Shown: positions 26,449 through 40,614, numbered from the whole stretch's first letter. The stretch is 62,928 bases of DNA, filler included, from Octopus bimaculoides (GCF_001194135.2; 5 parts of 4 records of this genome joined end to end with filler, not necessarily neighbours in it); one strand, 5' to 3'. A program made the numbers and translations. The notes: generated by a model from the sequence alone, not told the origin.

Positions 26449-27077
26449 GCACGCACAACCGCAATTTCGCACGGGCACTCCTATAAAAGACGAGAGAGAG
26501 AGAGAGATGCTTTTTCATAAGATGCAGAAAGCCATCGTATGAACACACAGAAAGACTCTCACTGTGTTTCATAGTACATAATTATATTGCAGGTGTCAGC
26601 ATTGCAGTCAAATGACACCTTTTATTTTGGCGGAATATTCTGTAAACCATTCCCAATTTCTAACTTCTACCTCTGTTGCTTTGTTTATTTTGCGTTCTGG
26701 CTGCTGTTGTGGTTGCTGTTGTTGAAGCTGTTGTTGTTGATGTATATATGTGTTGCTGTTATTTTTGTTTTGTTTCTATTGCTAAAGATTTGTATGTTTT
26801 TTTTTTTGTTTTTTATATATATTTGTCAAAATTTCGTTAAGTATTTATTGGAAGAAGAATTTGAAGAAGGGAAGTTACGACTTGAAGAATTTAAAGAATT
26901 CAATAAAGAAATATTTATAAAACATGTAAGGTAAAGAATTAAAAACATATACATATATATTTATATTCATAAATAAAGAACGAGAGCGAGCAGGAATATA
27001 TATTTTATTTTGATTTTTGTTCAAAAAGTTTCGTTTATAGTTGTCATTTTAAAAGTTTGCGAAAAATTATAAACTAT

Positions 27078-27124
<47 letters not shown>

Positions 27125-27865
27125 ATGATATACATTTTCAAAATGTGTTGAATGTAATTCATTACGCTCTTCTACTCCTTCATCTTCGTCATCTTGTCAT
27201 CGTTGAAAAATATTTATTGCCAAAGTCCTATGACAGCTTGCTGGCAGAAAAATGAAAAGCAAGCTGAAATATAGCAAAAGTATCAACGACTGTAACAAAA
27301 GTATTTATCGTTATCAACGGTGAGTGTCATAATTAGACCATCAGAAACAAGAAATATTGTATCAGTCATAAGTAAGACGTAATAACAACTACAGCAAACA
27401 TTTCTAATCACTGCAAACAGCAATTATAACATAGTTTGCAAACTTAAAAAGCTGACAAACAGTGAGAATATCTCAGTTGTTAGCTTTAAAGTAAAGACCT
27501 TTGTAAAGGAGCAGGGGAGAGACAATCTTAATGTTTCAAATACCAAATGACTACTCTGGGTTTATTAAACCTATTTGTTCAGTGCTGTCTGCAATGTTTG
27601 GTTCATCTCTCCAAGAAGTGTTTTGCTTCAAAACGTCACAATTTTCCCTGCATCTAGAGGAGCTTGTTTAAATATTTTAGCTATATGAGATGAATATTTT
27701 ACATATTGACTCAGCTCTGCGCCGTTAATTATTCCATAGCTTTTGATTAAGCAGAGCTCATTGAAATTACTAAAAACAACCACTATGGTAACATCACCAC
27801 AGAATCTTTTCGTGTCGCACAGTAAAACATGCTAGTGCAAAATGTGCGTACACACAAAGAGACAC

Positions 27866-28060
27866 ACATACATAGACACACACACGCGTGAGGTAAGACG
27901 TTTAGTCCCCAATGACATGTTTCCGGGTTTAAGTCTGACTGTGTGGCACCTTGGGTGAGTGCCTATAACCCCGAGTAAACGAAGGTCTTATAAGTGGATT
28001 TGGTAGACAAAAACTGAAAAACAGACCATTGTATACATGTATGCTTGCCTGCCTGCCTGC
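27866..28060 (+). mobile_element. Family B SINE, degenerate 5' portion
   Basis: ttccgggtttaagtc...tgtggcaccttgggtgagtg...agtggatttggtagac aligns with 37910-38020. Confidence 0.7.
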
Positions 28061-28087
28061 CTGCCTACCTACCTACATACATGCATC

Positions 28088-28150
<63 letters not shown>

Positions 28151-28153
<3 letters not shown>

Positions 28154-28945
28154 AGCTAATCCAATAACAACAATACAAAGTATCTAGCCCTTAAAACGGT
28201 TTTTGTGCTTTTACAGAAAATACCGAAGTGTCTTACACAGTATCTTGTTTTTAGGAATTCCCAATAAGTTATGAATACCCAAATTGTGAAGTCAGTTATG
28301 TAATAACATGAAATAACCCGATAGTAAAAATTCAAATAAAGTAGCACCGAAAAGGGCTTTGATGCGTTCCCAGAGTATATAGAACTTAGGAGGAAATACT
28401 AATAAGGTATGTGTACTAAAATCCTGAAGCATAATAACAATTCAAACTAAATAAGTCTGAAAAGGGCTTTTGTGCGTTCCCAGAGAATATTACCCTCAGG
28501 AGCGCTAGTATTGGTATGACCAAAATAAGTGGATCTATTGTTTAGGAAAATACTATTTACTTGTTTAAGAGTTGTACCGGATAAATTCCGAAAATAACTC
28601 TACAATTCAAATACTAAGAAATAAGCATACTCAATTTCTTTTTACCAAATAATTTAGGAAGATTAATGGGTTATTTCCCTTGGTTACATATAAAGATCCC
28701 TTCCAGGGGCGAATGGGCTAAATATCCTTGGTTTTTAAGATAAAATATATTAGATATATATATATATGTATAAGGATCCCTTCCAGGCATCCTTTTTATC
28801 GATTTTTTTCAACAATTTGTGTATGCCATAAGGTTTTCTACCCACGTGTCACGTTTCATCAAAATCGATAAAACGATGTAGGAGGAGTTAGGTAACAACT
28901 CCCCAAATACACCCACAGACAGAATTTTCCACATATGTAGTAGAT
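28151..28945 (+). mobile_element. DINE-1/Helentron-like non-autonomous element (HINE type)
   Basis: Starts ACTAGCT; internal direct repeats (gaaaagggcttt..tgcgttcccagag at 28349 and 28459; ataa.gatcccttccagg twice); 3' region tttcatcaaaatcgat...ggaggagtt...acagacagaatttt...tagtagat parallels the 3' end of 55848-57101. Confidence 0.55.
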
Positions 28946-28948
28946 ATA

Positions 28949-29518
28949 CAGGGTGCGGTGAATATATATTGTCGTCTAAATTACGTAAAAATGAAAATTT
29001 GGGATAAAATTAGCCCTTTGTCATCTTGTATGAAGAATGCCGAGTAATACTGAATGTCTTCATGTACTAACTGTCTGATAAGAATTTCAGACACTCCCAT
29101 ATCCCTCGTGATTGATCTGATTGACTTGGAGGGATCGTTGTCGGTCATGGCCTAGATCTCGACATCAAATTCAGGAGTCCTTTTCTTATCAGAACGATCA
29201 GAGTGAGTTTTCAGAGTCGCCGTACCTTTATAAACACCGTCAAACTCATCCAAAACTTTCCAAATGCTTGCACTCTTCTCAGATTGATATCCAAACACTC
29301 TGAAATGTTCGTACTGGAGCTTCCGGCGCGAATGGCAAGCAGTACAGCATGTCGTTTCCAAATTTCTGACAGAGTGAATTGTGTCATGGTGCTCTTTTCC
29401 TCACAGACGGTGCCCAACTGACTCTACTATACTGTATAGTCTACAAAATCAAAACTAAACAAAGCGTATGTTCGTATTTCAAAATATAAAATGGCGACAA
29501 TTTAGCCATACTACCCTG
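28949..29518 (-). mobile_element. Tc1/mariner (maT-type) internally deleted element with TIRs and TA target duplication
   Basis: TA|CAGGGT...attgtcgtc left and gcgacaat...ACCCTG|TA right; minus-strand N-terminal transposase MTQFTLSEIWKRHAVLLAIRAGSSSTNISECL...KKRTPEF; 5' region shared with 62790-62928. Confidence 0.85.
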
Positions 29519-29577
29519 TATAATACACCCGGTTATTGTTTAAACACCTGTCTTCGTCTTGTTTTTCAGTAAATTTC

Positions 29578-29608
<31 letters not shown>

Positions 29609-30333
29609 NNNNNNNNNNNNNNNNNNNNNNNNNNNNNNNNNNNNNNNNNNNNNNNNNNNNNNNNNNNNNNNNNNNNNNNNNNNNNNNNNNNNNNNNNNNN
29701 NNNNNNNNNNNNNNNNNNNNNNNNNNNNNNNNNNNNNNNNNNNNNNNNNNNNNNNNNNNNNNNNNNNNNNNNNNNNNNNNNNNNNNNNNNNNNNNNNNNN
29801 NNNNNNNNNNNNNNNNNNNNNNNATACATACATACATACATACATACATACATACATACATACATACATACATACATGTATACATAAATGTCGAATATAT
29901 ATATATATTTACATATATATATATATAAATGTATAAATGTGTGTGTGTTGTGTGTGCGTGCATGCAGACAGTGAGGGACACAACTTAGTTAGAGATGATC
30001 AGCAATACAGAACAACATTAAATATGTCGCTGAGAAACTTAACTTCTACATAAAGTATTGCATTGGAACTCCGAGGCGTACCAGCCGTTGTCATCGTTTT
30101 TAGCTACTCTCCGTTGAGTCTTGATTAAACTGTACTATGTTTTAAAGCCTTCTAATCTTGACTAATGCATTTCTTTTTCTACCATCATATATCCAGAAGT
30201 ACATTATACAATATATTATTTTCTCTCTTTTAAACAATAGGTGACAGTTTAAATAAGAACGGTCAGTTTTGCGTAGCGGCAACAGCGATTGAGGACACGA
30301 GCTTTTCTCTAGCTTTTAATCATGTCTACATCA

Positions 30334-30365
<32 letters not shown>

Positions 30366-30489
30366 TGTGTGTGTGTGTGCACGCGTGCGCGTGCATGTGT
30401 GTGTGTGTGTGTAAATGTATGAGTGCGAGTTTTGCTAGCATAACTAAAAAATCTGAGTTTTACTAGCATAACTCGGAAATTCGAATTTT

Positions 30490-30805
30490 ATGGAGTTATG
30501 GGTTCGATATAATTGACTAGTCCCCTTCACCAAAATTTCAAACCTTGTGCCTATAGTAGAAAAGGGTTTTATTTGATTTCGTAATGTTGGCGAGGTGGCA
30601 GATCGCTACCGCGCCAAACAAAATACTTAACAGCATCTCTTGTAGTTTTCTGTTCCATGTTCCAATTCCGCAGAGGTTGATTTTACTTTTCATTCTTTCT
30701 TTGTCGATGAAATAAGAGCCAGTTAAATACTGGGGTCAATGTAAGTTACTTAACAGTAACTTAAAAATTCCAGGCCTCGTACCAGTACTAGAAAGGATTA
30801 TTATT
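30490..30805 (+). mobile_element. Two adjacent family A SINE copies (3' fragment about 30490-30570; degenerate full copy about 30589-30805)
   Basis: ggttcgatataattgactagtcccc..caaaatttcaaaccttgtgcctatagtagaaaagg tail; second copy ggcgaggtggcaga...tactggggtcaat...aaattccaggcctcgt...tagaaaggattattatt. Confidence 0.75.
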
Positions 30806-30879
30806 TGATCCCGTTCAAAAAAAGAGGCAGGCATATAGCTCCGTTGTTGGAATTTAGCTAACAACGGCGGCTTCTAAGT

Positions 30880-31200
30880 TTTACAAGTTAAATTTTAGTA
30901 TAGTTTTTCAAAGTCTTTCAAGTGACTTTCGAAAACAAGCTTCTTTCATCGGAAAACGACAAAAGCAAGGTTTGACTTCCATCTTAAGTACTTTTCTTCC
31001 TGAAAATGTTTGTCCAAAGCCGGATTTACTAGTCATATGAGATCTCATGACAGCGCTTACTAATTGAAGAGTTGGTCTTCTTAGGTAAAGAAGAAGTAAT
31101 CGCCATAAATGAAAATATGCAAGACTGACATGTCTTTTCATAGACATGCCCTTTTCTGCTCAGCTTTTTCTCGTTTTAGGAATCTTATTAAAATGTTTTA
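30880..31200 (-). mobile_element. Possible degenerate Penelope-like RT fragment (N-terminal RT motifs)
   Basis: AYFHLWRLLLLYLRRPTLQLVS and LLSFSDERSLFSKV loosely resemble PYFYxLPKIHK..RPIVS and LxSFDVxSLFTxVP; by eye only. Confidence 0.35.
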
Positions 31201-31244
31201 TGGTCGATGTTTTATAGCAAAAACGGTTTAATGTAGAAGTATTA

Positions 31245-31560
31245 TGACTCAGTAGTTAAAGCGTCGGCTTTATAAACATGAGGTAGCGAATTCGATTTCC
31301 GGACCAGGATGTGTGTTGTGTTCTTGAGCGACACACTTTATTTCGCGTTGCTCCAGTTCACTCGGCTGTAGAAATGAGTTGCGATGTCACTGGTGCCAAT
31401 CTATATTGTCCTTTGGCTGGTATGCATGGGCGACTGCTGGCCTTCCATAAACAACCTTGCTCGACATTGTGCCTCGAAAGGTAACTTTGTAGGCCCAATC
31501 TCATGGTTATTCATATCCGAAGGGGGTCTTCGCCCATTACCCTTTATTATTGAATATCAA
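31245..31560 (+). mobile_element. tRNA-derived SINE (family C)
   Basis: gtagttaaagcg A box, gaattcgatttcc B box, tgtgttcttgagcgacacactttatttcgcgttgctccagttcactc shared with 10152. Confidence 0.65.
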
Positions 31561-31886
31561 CAAATTATCTGCAATTGGAGGCACATTAATACTTGTTTAA
31601 TGACTATTTCAGGTGAAGATAAAATGAAAGAATAAGAAAACAGGTGGATAACGTTTGATAAAGGAAGAAAATGAGAAATTAGTGGGTGATCTGAAGGAAA
31701 GATACGTAGGTTGAATCTTAAAAAAGAAGGAAATGGTGACGTGAAGAAAATTTACGAAAACATGAAAAGAAAATCAAGAACAGATATCATCGGAGGAAAA
31801 AAACTTTTTTGTAAAGACTTATGAAATACATGAAAAATGAGAGAGAGTGGAGGAGAAAGATTGGTAGCATATGGCAAAACGATAGA

Positions 31887-32051
31887 GAAGAAGAAGAAGA
31901 AGAAGAAGAAGAAGAAGAAGAAGAAGAAGAAGAAGAAGAAGAAGAAGAAGAAGAAGAAGAAGAAGAAGGAGAAGAAGAAGAAGAAGAAGAAGAAGAAGAA
32001 GAAGAAGAAGAAGAAGAAGAAGAAGAAGAAGAAGAAGAAGAAGAAGAAGAA
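31887..32051 (+). repeat. Long (GAA)n microsatellite, about 55 units
   Basis: Direct inspection. Confidence 0.98.
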
Positions 32052-32499
32052 AGACGAGAGAAAGCTTAGAGAAAAGGAAAAATAACAAGGCGATAGAAGT
32101 AGAAATAAGGAACTTGGGAAACATGGACATCGAAAATAAAAATGGCAATCTCTGGCTGTAGAGAACCTATAAGAGTGAGAAAAAGTACATGAGTGACAGA
32201 AAGAGAGATTGACGAAGATGAAGATGAGTTGGTAGATAATAGGAAACAGAGGTGAGAAGAGAAAGACAGAGCTAGTGAAAGAGAAATAGCGAGAATGTAT
32301 AGGAGATAAGATGTAGAGAATATAACAGAAATAATGAAAAGCAAGATAGTGATTATGTAAACGCACGAGAGAATAAAAGAGATACGTACAGAGAATGGGA
32401 GAAAAAAGGTGAACAGAGAGAAAAGGCCTAACCCAATAGACAGAGAAATGCACCGTTTCAATATTTTCTACCTGTTAGAGAGAAAGAAAGAGAAACCAG

Positions 32500-32503
32500 A
32501 AAC

Positions 32504-32580
<77 letters not shown>

Positions 32581-32583
32581 ATA

Positions 32584-32645
<62 letters not shown>

Positions 32646-32653
32646 AAGAGAAA

Positions 32654-32687
<34 letters not shown>

Positions 32688-33830
32688 AAGAGAGAGAGAG
32701 AAAGAGAGAGAGAGAAAGATAGAGAGAGAGAAAGAGTGAGAGAGAGAGACTTTGAAACCAAGTGTGAGAGAAACATGAGAAAAATCAAATACGAAAGGAT
32801 GATGTCTGAATGTGATAGTAAAATGTGTAAGATGGCAATTAGGAAAAGGAGAGGAAAAGAAAGAGACAGAGAGACATATTTATATTGAGTGGGAAGTATT
32901 CGTAGTCTAAAAAAGAGTCTGTACTGAATGTGTGAGAGAGGAAAGATAGTAAAAGAGGCATGACTAGTAGATGTAAGAAGTATGAGAGACCGATTCAGTG
33001 AGGGGAAGTAATGTGTTTATGTATGTATGTGTATGAGTCCGTGTTTGTCTTGTGTGTGTTTGTGTGTATGCGTGTGTGTGTGTGAGTAATGAAAAGAGAC
33101 AGAGTGAGAGAGAGAGAGAGGAGGATAAAAGGAGTACCAATGAGAAAAGCAGGGAGTATAAGAAAGTGAGCGAGAGAGGTAGAGAGTGTAAGAGAAAGAG
33201 AGTAAGGTAGAGTGTATAAATGGTTGATGTCGAAGGGTGTAAGGGAAGCAGAACACGTGAGAAAGAGAGAGAAGGAAAGACGAAGAGAGAGAAGAGAAGC
33301 AGAGAATGTGACAAAGACAAGAAGTGAAGTGTGAGAGAGAAGGACAAACAGCATAAGAGAGAGTGAGGGAGAGGGGGAGAGAGCGAGAAAGGGAGGGGGA
33401 TGAAAGATGGAGAGAGGCAGGTGAGTAAATATAAGCATAAATATAACATACATACATATACAATACATACACTCATACATACACATACATATATACATAT
33501 ATACATACACACATACGTACATACATACATACATAAATACATATATACATACATACATACATACATGCGTGCATACATACATACACATATACATACATAC
33601 ATACATACATTCATACAAGTATACATACATACATGCATGCATACATACATACAAACATGCATACATACATACATGCATGCATACATACATACATACATAC
33701 ACACATACATACATACACACATACATATATACATACATGCATGCATACATACATACATACATACATACATACATAAATACATACATACATGCATACGTAC
33801 ATACATACATACATACATACCGAATAACAA
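32500..33830. repeat. Compound simple-repeat block (GATA)n, (GA/GAAA)n, purine-rich low complexity, (TACA)n
   Basis: Direct inspection; source of the MYVC/HTYI ORFs. Confidence 0.95.
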
Positions 33831-35492
33831 GAGAGAAAGACCAATAGAGAGAGAATGAAACAGAGTTTTTTGAAAACAATTCTTTAAACCGTGATGCTAA
33901 TTATGTCTTTCATTTCAAGAATCTTTTAGTTGAATAGAAGAACCCCCGACTTCAAAACCCCACCACCACCACCACCACCACCAAACCTTACCTCCCATCT
34001 TTCTACATATAACAACCACGCACCCATACATACCCTTCTCTCCCCCCCTCTCTCTCTCTCATCCTCCACACACACTTTCACCTCCCACCCCACACTCACA
34101 CCGAACCCCACACTTGCACACCTACCCAGATGGACACAATGGATGCTGATTAAGTTAACAGTTAAATATCTGTTAACTTTACATCTTCTGCCCCCCCACA
34201 CCCNNNNNNNNNNTCTCTCCCCCCCTCTCTCTCTCTCATCCTCCACACACACTTTCACCTCCCACCCCACACTCACACCGAACCCCACACTTGCACACCT
34301 ACCCAGATGGACACAATGGATGCTGATTAAGTTAACAGTTAAATATCTGTTAACTTTACATCTTCTGCCCCCCCACACCCTTTAACACACTTTGCCTCAT
34401 CCCTACCTTCTTCTTCTCTCTCTCTCTCTCTTTCTTTCTCTTTCTCTCCCTCTCTCTCTCACTCTCTGTCCATCGTTAGTGCGCGGGCGCACGTTTTCTA
34501 CTTATCCTGAATGAAATGATTGCTCATGCAAAATATGCTTTCCATTACCACCAACGCCATTGCAAATTTATCTCGCCCTTACTAGCATCAGCCCATCACT
34601 AAGATCATCAACATCACAAACACCGTCACCACCACCACCACCACTCTCCCTGCCTTCACCACACCGACCACTATCACCGCCACCTTCGCCACGACTATCA
34701 CCGCCACCAGCGTGACTGTCTCCATCGCTATTAACCGATGATACTAATATTTGAATACATAGCCAACATAATACGGCAGCACTAACAATTATCATCATCA
34801 CCATTACCAACAACAACAACAATAATAATAATAGTAATATACAACAACAACAACAAACACCTACTTCCACTACAGCTCACTCTCCCTTCCGAAACATACT
34901 ACCCCTGTCTCCTATATAACCATCGTCATAAACGTCATCACAACTAACACAATTGCCAGAATCACTGCAACCACCACTACCACCCCAACTATAACCAATA
35001 TCAATATCACCGCCATTACAACCGATACCAATATCTCGGCATTATAATAACCTAACCACATTTCCACAAACTGAATATATCCTCCATTGCTAACAGACAA
35101 CCCTCATTGTAACCTCCTAAATCACACTTTGGCTACAAGAATACCATTCCAGAAATCGTTAATTACTACTTCCTTTTACAGTCTGCCTCTGTGTCATCTA
35201 CTATCCCTGCCAACACTTTTCCCTCCTCTGTCACATTGACTGTTATCAAAAGCAACAGAAAAAGCCTATACACCGTTGTTCGAGCTGCAAGCAATAGCAG
35301 CCAAATCGCCCCAAAATCAGACTGAAAATTGACTTAGATCATGATTTAACAATCATTAGAATGCAAAACAGGCAATTTGTCGTATCTATTCAGGTTTTCT
35401 GCTCCTTATGTTCAAATCTCAATGAAACCAACTTTGACCTTCATCCTGTCGGGGTCTACAATATAAAGAACTCATCCATGGTGTGGATTTGC

Positions 35493-35540
<48 letters not shown>

Positions 35541-36949
35541 NNNNNNNNNNNNNNNNNNNNNNNNNNNNNNNNNNNNNNNNNNNNNNNNNNNNNNNNNNNN
35601 NNNNNNNNNNNNNNNNNNNNNNNNNNNNNNNNNNNNNNNNNNNNNNNNNNNNNNNNNNNNNNNNNNNNNNNNNNNNNNNNNNNNNNNNNNNNNNNNNNNN
35701 NNNNNNNNNNNNNNNNNNNNNNNNNNNNNNNNNNNNNNNNNNNNNNNNNNNNNNNNNNNNNNNNNNNNNNNNNNNNNNNNNNNNNNNNNNNNNNNNNNNN
35801 NNNNNNNNNNNNNNNNNNNNNNNNNNNNNNNNNNNNNNNNNNNNNNNNNNNNNNNNNNNNNNNNNNNNNNNNNNNNNNNNNNNNNNNNNNNNNNNNNNNN
35901 NNNNNNNNNNNNNNNNNNNNNNNNNNNNNNNNNNNNNNNNNNNNNNNNNNNNNNNNNNNNNNNNNNNNNNNNNNNNNNNNNNNNNNNNNNNNNNNNNNNN
36001 NNNNNNNNNNNNNNNNNNNNNNNNNNNNNNNNNNNNNNNNNNNNNNNNNNNNNNNNNNNNNNNNNNNNNNNNNNNNNNNNNNNNNNNNNNNNNNNNNNNN
36101 NNNNNNNNNNNNNNNNNNNNNNNNNNNNNNNNNNNNNNNNNNNNNNNNNNNNNNNNNNNNNNNNNNNNNNNNNNNNNNNNNNNNNNNNNNNNNNNNNNNN
36201 NNNNNNNNNNNNNNNNNNNNNNNNNNNNNNNNNNNNNNNNNNNNNNNNNNNNNNNNNNNNNNNNNNNNNNNNNNNNNNNNNNNNNNNNNNNNNNNNNNNN
36301 NNNNNNNNNNNNNNNNNNNNNNNNNNNNNNNNNNNNNNNNNNNNNNNNNNNNNNNNNNNNNNNNNNNNNNNNNNNNNNNNNNNNNNNNNNNNNNNNNNNN
36401 NNNNNNATATATGGGCATATTCCTTCATTTTTATATTTTTCTGACTTCTCCCTATCCGATGACAGAGTACCTAGCTTATGAAACCGTTACTCAATATCAG
36501 GACCCACATGTTTGTCTACTCTAGAAACAGTTGTAAAGACTCTATCTGTTTGTATTCTCTATCTAGATTCAATGTTTTTTTGTGTGATGCCAAATTTTGC
36601 TTTCATTTTTTATTTTTAATCTATATCCACCGACTCAAGGAAAAACCACTTCTAGCCATCATCGATGGGCAGCCTCAACACCACATTTCTCAATTGCTGT
36701 TCAACTTGCAGTTTTAGTGGCAAATGTAATGGGTATGTACTATGAACACTCATAGTACATACTTATTACATTACGTCCTAAAGATAACGACAAAAGAGCT
36801 AGAAATGTTGTGTCTAGGAATCCGACATGGAATGACACTGCATAGGTATGGTGCTTTTACACTTTTTACCATAACAGAGATTTTTTTTTCTCCACTGTAA
36901 CTGCAGTGAATCTATCTTTAGTCCTACTATGTGGAACTTTGAGACAGTA

Positions 36950-37279
36950 TAGCCTCGGATCGATCAAAGCTTTGTGAATAAATTTGTTTGACGAAAACTC
37001 TGAAAGAAGTCCGTCGTATATATTTGTGTATGTGTGTGTGGGTCTGTGTGTGTACGCGCATTTCTTTGTGTTTGTGTTCATCACGCAGCACCGCTTGACA
37101 ATCGGTGTTGGTATGTTTAAGTCCCAGTTATTTAGCAGTTCAGCGAAAAAACAAAAGCGATAGAATAAGTACCAGGCTTTAGAACATTTAGTACTGAGGT
37201 CAATTCATTCGGCTAAAAATTCTTAAAGATGGTGCCGTAGCATACCTGCAGTGTAGTGATAGAAACAAGTAAAACGAAT
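36950..37279 (+). mobile_element. Family B SINE, 5'-truncated and degenerate
   Basis: tatagcctcggatcgatcaaagctttgtga...gaaagaagtccgtcgtatata...gatagaataagtaccaggc...gaaacaagtaaaa collinear with 37965-38286. Confidence 0.8.
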
Positions 37280-37875
37280 GTGTGTATGTGTGAGTGTGTG
37301 ACTGTGTGCGTGTGTATCTGTGGCTGTAGGTGGGATATGTATTATGTTTGCATATATATATAAGAAGGAAAAGGGATTAAAAATTGATATTGATATTGAT
37401 AAAGCACTTAGGGTTAAACGAATTTGGTTAACTATAGAAAGCAATCAGACACCGAAACATGCACGTAGAATAAACATCCAAGGTAATTTCTTATGTATGA
37501 CAAGTCAATCCAAATATCGTTCAGAAGAATTCCAAGAAATTCGGAATATAAGACACCAAGAATAAGAATGGAGAAAATCACATCTTTTATTGGTGATTGT
37601 ACCATCCATTATCAATGATCGTTCCTATAATGCCAGTATATTTAGATACATAAATAGGTATAAAATATCTCTCAGATATATATCCAAAAATATATGCTAA
37701 CACAACGTTATCAAAGCAAAACTTCATCCTTTTGACCAGTGCTCCTTAAAATTTGTCGCCTGCTTGGGAGTGTTGTAAGGTTACGAGAGGGTGGCAAATA
37801 TAAAGAGTGATATGATGTAGGTGCAGTCGGGATTTAGAACGCGTACAGGTTGCTTAGAACTATAATACATATGTC

Positions 37876-38041
37876 AGGGGTGGCTGTGTGGTAAGTAGCT
37901 TGCTTACCAACCACATGGTTCCGGGTTCAGTCCCACTGCGTGGCATCTTGGGCAAGTGTCTTCAACTATAGACTCGGGCCGACCAAAGCCTTGTGAGTGG
38001 ATTTGGTAGACGGAAACTGAAAGAAGCCCGTCGTATATATG

Positions 38042-38072
<31 letters not shown>

Positions 38073-38286
38073 TTGTGTGTTTGTGTTTATCCCCCTAGCA
38101 TTGCTTGACAACCGATGCTGGTGTGTTTATGTCCCCGTCACTTAGCGGTTCGGCAAAAGAACCGATAGAAAAAGTACTAGGCTTACAAAGAATAAGTCCC
38201 GGGGTCGATTTGCTCGACTAAAGGCGGTGCTCCAGCATGGCCGGTAGTCAAATGACAGAAACAAGTAAAAAAGAGTAAAAGAGAGT
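37876..38286 (+). mobile_element. tRNA-derived SINE (family B), full length and little diverged
   Basis: A box TGGCTGTGTGG, B box GGTTCAGTCCC, internal TA/TG microsatellite, tail acaagtaaaaaagagtaaaagagagt; near-identical to 12703-13084 (minus). Confidence 0.92.
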
Positions 38287-38411
38287 AAGTATGTTTCATT
38301 TGGTCGGAGGAAAGTTAGAGCAAAAAGGCGTGTCTGTACACGTCATCAGAGGGAAGACGTAAGATATAAATGTTCTAGATGAAATATATATTGAGGATGT
38401 ATGTGTGAATT

Positions 38412-38449
<38 letters not shown>

Positions 38450-39227
38450 TGTGTTTGTGTGTGTGTGTGCGCGTGTGTGTGTGTGTGTGCGTGTGTGTGC
38501 GTGTGTATAAGTTCTCTGTTTATTCACTCTAAAGGCAAAGTTAGCATTTTCTTTACCAAACTATATTCTATTTTTAAAAAATATGTTTGCAAAATATATT
38601 CTGAAAGCCATCCTCATCATTATATTTAAGTTAAATATATTTCTTATATCGTTTTTCTTAAATGTCAAAAAGGTTTATAAATAAATCAGTAATATACCCC
38701 AACCCTTAACATCCTACTTTCCAGTCGATGAAATCATTAGTTTGGGGCTCAATTTAAAAGTTATTATAAGATTTACATTGTCTTATTTATGTAAAACATG
38801 CAGACATACATTCACAGTTAGTAAACCTTGTACCAAATTGTATTATATATTCACACATATATATACGCAAACACATTCACACATACACATACAATCACAT
38901 GAATATATATACGCACGACAGACATTCTTTTCACATAAAAGTTTTCTATAGGAAACTAATTTTTTTTGTCATTTGTAAAGGCAGTATTTAGAAGCTTGTC
39001 TTGCAGTAAAAATGTTACATTTATAATATAATTATAAGAAAATTCTGGAAGTTTAACTGAGTTCGGCACAATTTTTTTAATAAACTTCGAGAAAGCCAGA
39101 AGGGCTATGCGCGCGCGTGCGTGTGTGTGTGTGTGTGTGTGTGCGTGTGTGTGTTCGTGAGTGTGTATTTGAGTGTGTGNNNNNNNNNNTGTGTGTGTTT
39201 GTGTGTGTGCGCGCATGTGTGTGTTAA

Positions 39228-39264
<37 letters not shown>

Positions 39265-39719
39265 CAGCTTTTTATTTTGACGTATATGATGATGGCAACA
39301 TTAATCATTATTGCTCCAAGTTTGAGAACATGTTTTCCCCAACTTAAGGATTTTACATTTTATTGAATGGTTCAAAATGAACAAGTGCTGCTAATATGGA
39401 ACATTTTGAGCGCACTTCAAACAGTTTCAACATGATATTGTACCACGTTGCGAAAGTCTAGCATTCAGTTGGAACTTGTACCTACAATAGTATCGTGTAT
39501 GATCTCAGATCAAAACTACATACGGTATAATAATAGTGTACCGCAATGGAAACCCCGTAATATAGTCGCTATTGTTCCCAAATCTATCAGGTAAATAAGC
39601 ATAAAGCAAAAACATAATGATTTTGAAAGAATTAAAAGAAAGTAAAGATGACTGAAAACAATATTTGTACTATTAAAATAGAATTAAAAGTAAAATTTAC
39701 GGAATTGAAAGGCTAGGTG

Positions 39720-40400
39720 GTTGAAAATTAACATAAACACGCCTAATTCTAAGATTTGGTTCTGTGAGTTCTTTTCTGGGATTTTAAAACCTGGTTTGCC
39801 TTGTACAGATTTCTATTTTCAAGAAAATTGTTCATATCAATTCCGATGGATAATAGACCTTTCTCAAGTAATTGACAGCTTTTCGGGCCATTTAAATGAG
39901 CATCAACAAAAATTAGCTCTAATCCACCTATCGCTCACACTCCAACATCATTCCTTAGAAAAAAATCCAAAGATTTTCCCTGTTTAACTGTTTATTAAAA
40001 ACAACCTGGCCTCAATATTTCCTTTTTGTTGTGCTACACTTGCATTTGGTTTGAATTGGAAAATTGGCAGAATTTGCTTTCGTTCCATTATATTATTGAC
40101 GACAACTCAAACAGGTCTACGTTCTTACAAATATCTTAAGACTAGCTAAAAACTTTTGCTTTTGTGAACTTTGTAATAATTGACTTTCTTTCTCACAAAT
40201 TTCTTTCATATCCAAGGTTTTTCAATTCTGCTATTACGCAATATGCTGACATAGGCACAGAAGTTGTAACTATCCCAACAGTTGTAAATCGATGCTATCT
40301 TTGATCTATCAGAAACTTTCAATGTCCTCCCACAAGCGATGTCAGCAAATCTCTATCCACTAGTTTCTGTTGACAAAGGCGTCTTAAGGCCGATACACGG
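39720..40400 (-). mobile_element. Possible degenerate N-terminal region of a Penelope-like ORF
   Basis: Stop-riddled minus frame ...LQLLCLCQHI...QVVFNKTVKQGKSLDFF*GM...MARKAVNYLRKVYY loosely resembles the PLE pre-RT domain; lies downstream of the hammerhead on the same strand. Confidence 0.3.
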
Positions 40401-40459
40401 TAAGTACAAACTGTTGTTGTGTCATACTTACTTTCACTCTCACTTCTTTAGTTCCAGCC

Positions 40460-40502
<43 letters not shown>

Positions 40503-40563
40503 NNNNNNNNNNNNNNNNNNNNNNNNNNNNNNNNNNNNNNNNNNNNNNNNNNNNNNNNNNNNA

Positions 40564-40614
<51 letters not shown>

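Noticed and set aside
26482-26489. TATAAAAG TATA-box consensus after a short GC-rich patch
   Set aside because: No downstream exon or ORF support; an 8-mer is expected by chance in AT-rich DNA.
34037-34380. Exact 167-bp tandem duplication (34037-34203 = 34214-34380) giving repeated ORFs
   Set aside because: Identical copies either side of a 10-N gap: unmerged contig overlap, an assembly artefact.
34560-35100. Thr-rich mucin-like reading frames
   Set aside because: Degenerate CAC/AAC simple repeats with stops and no splice sites.
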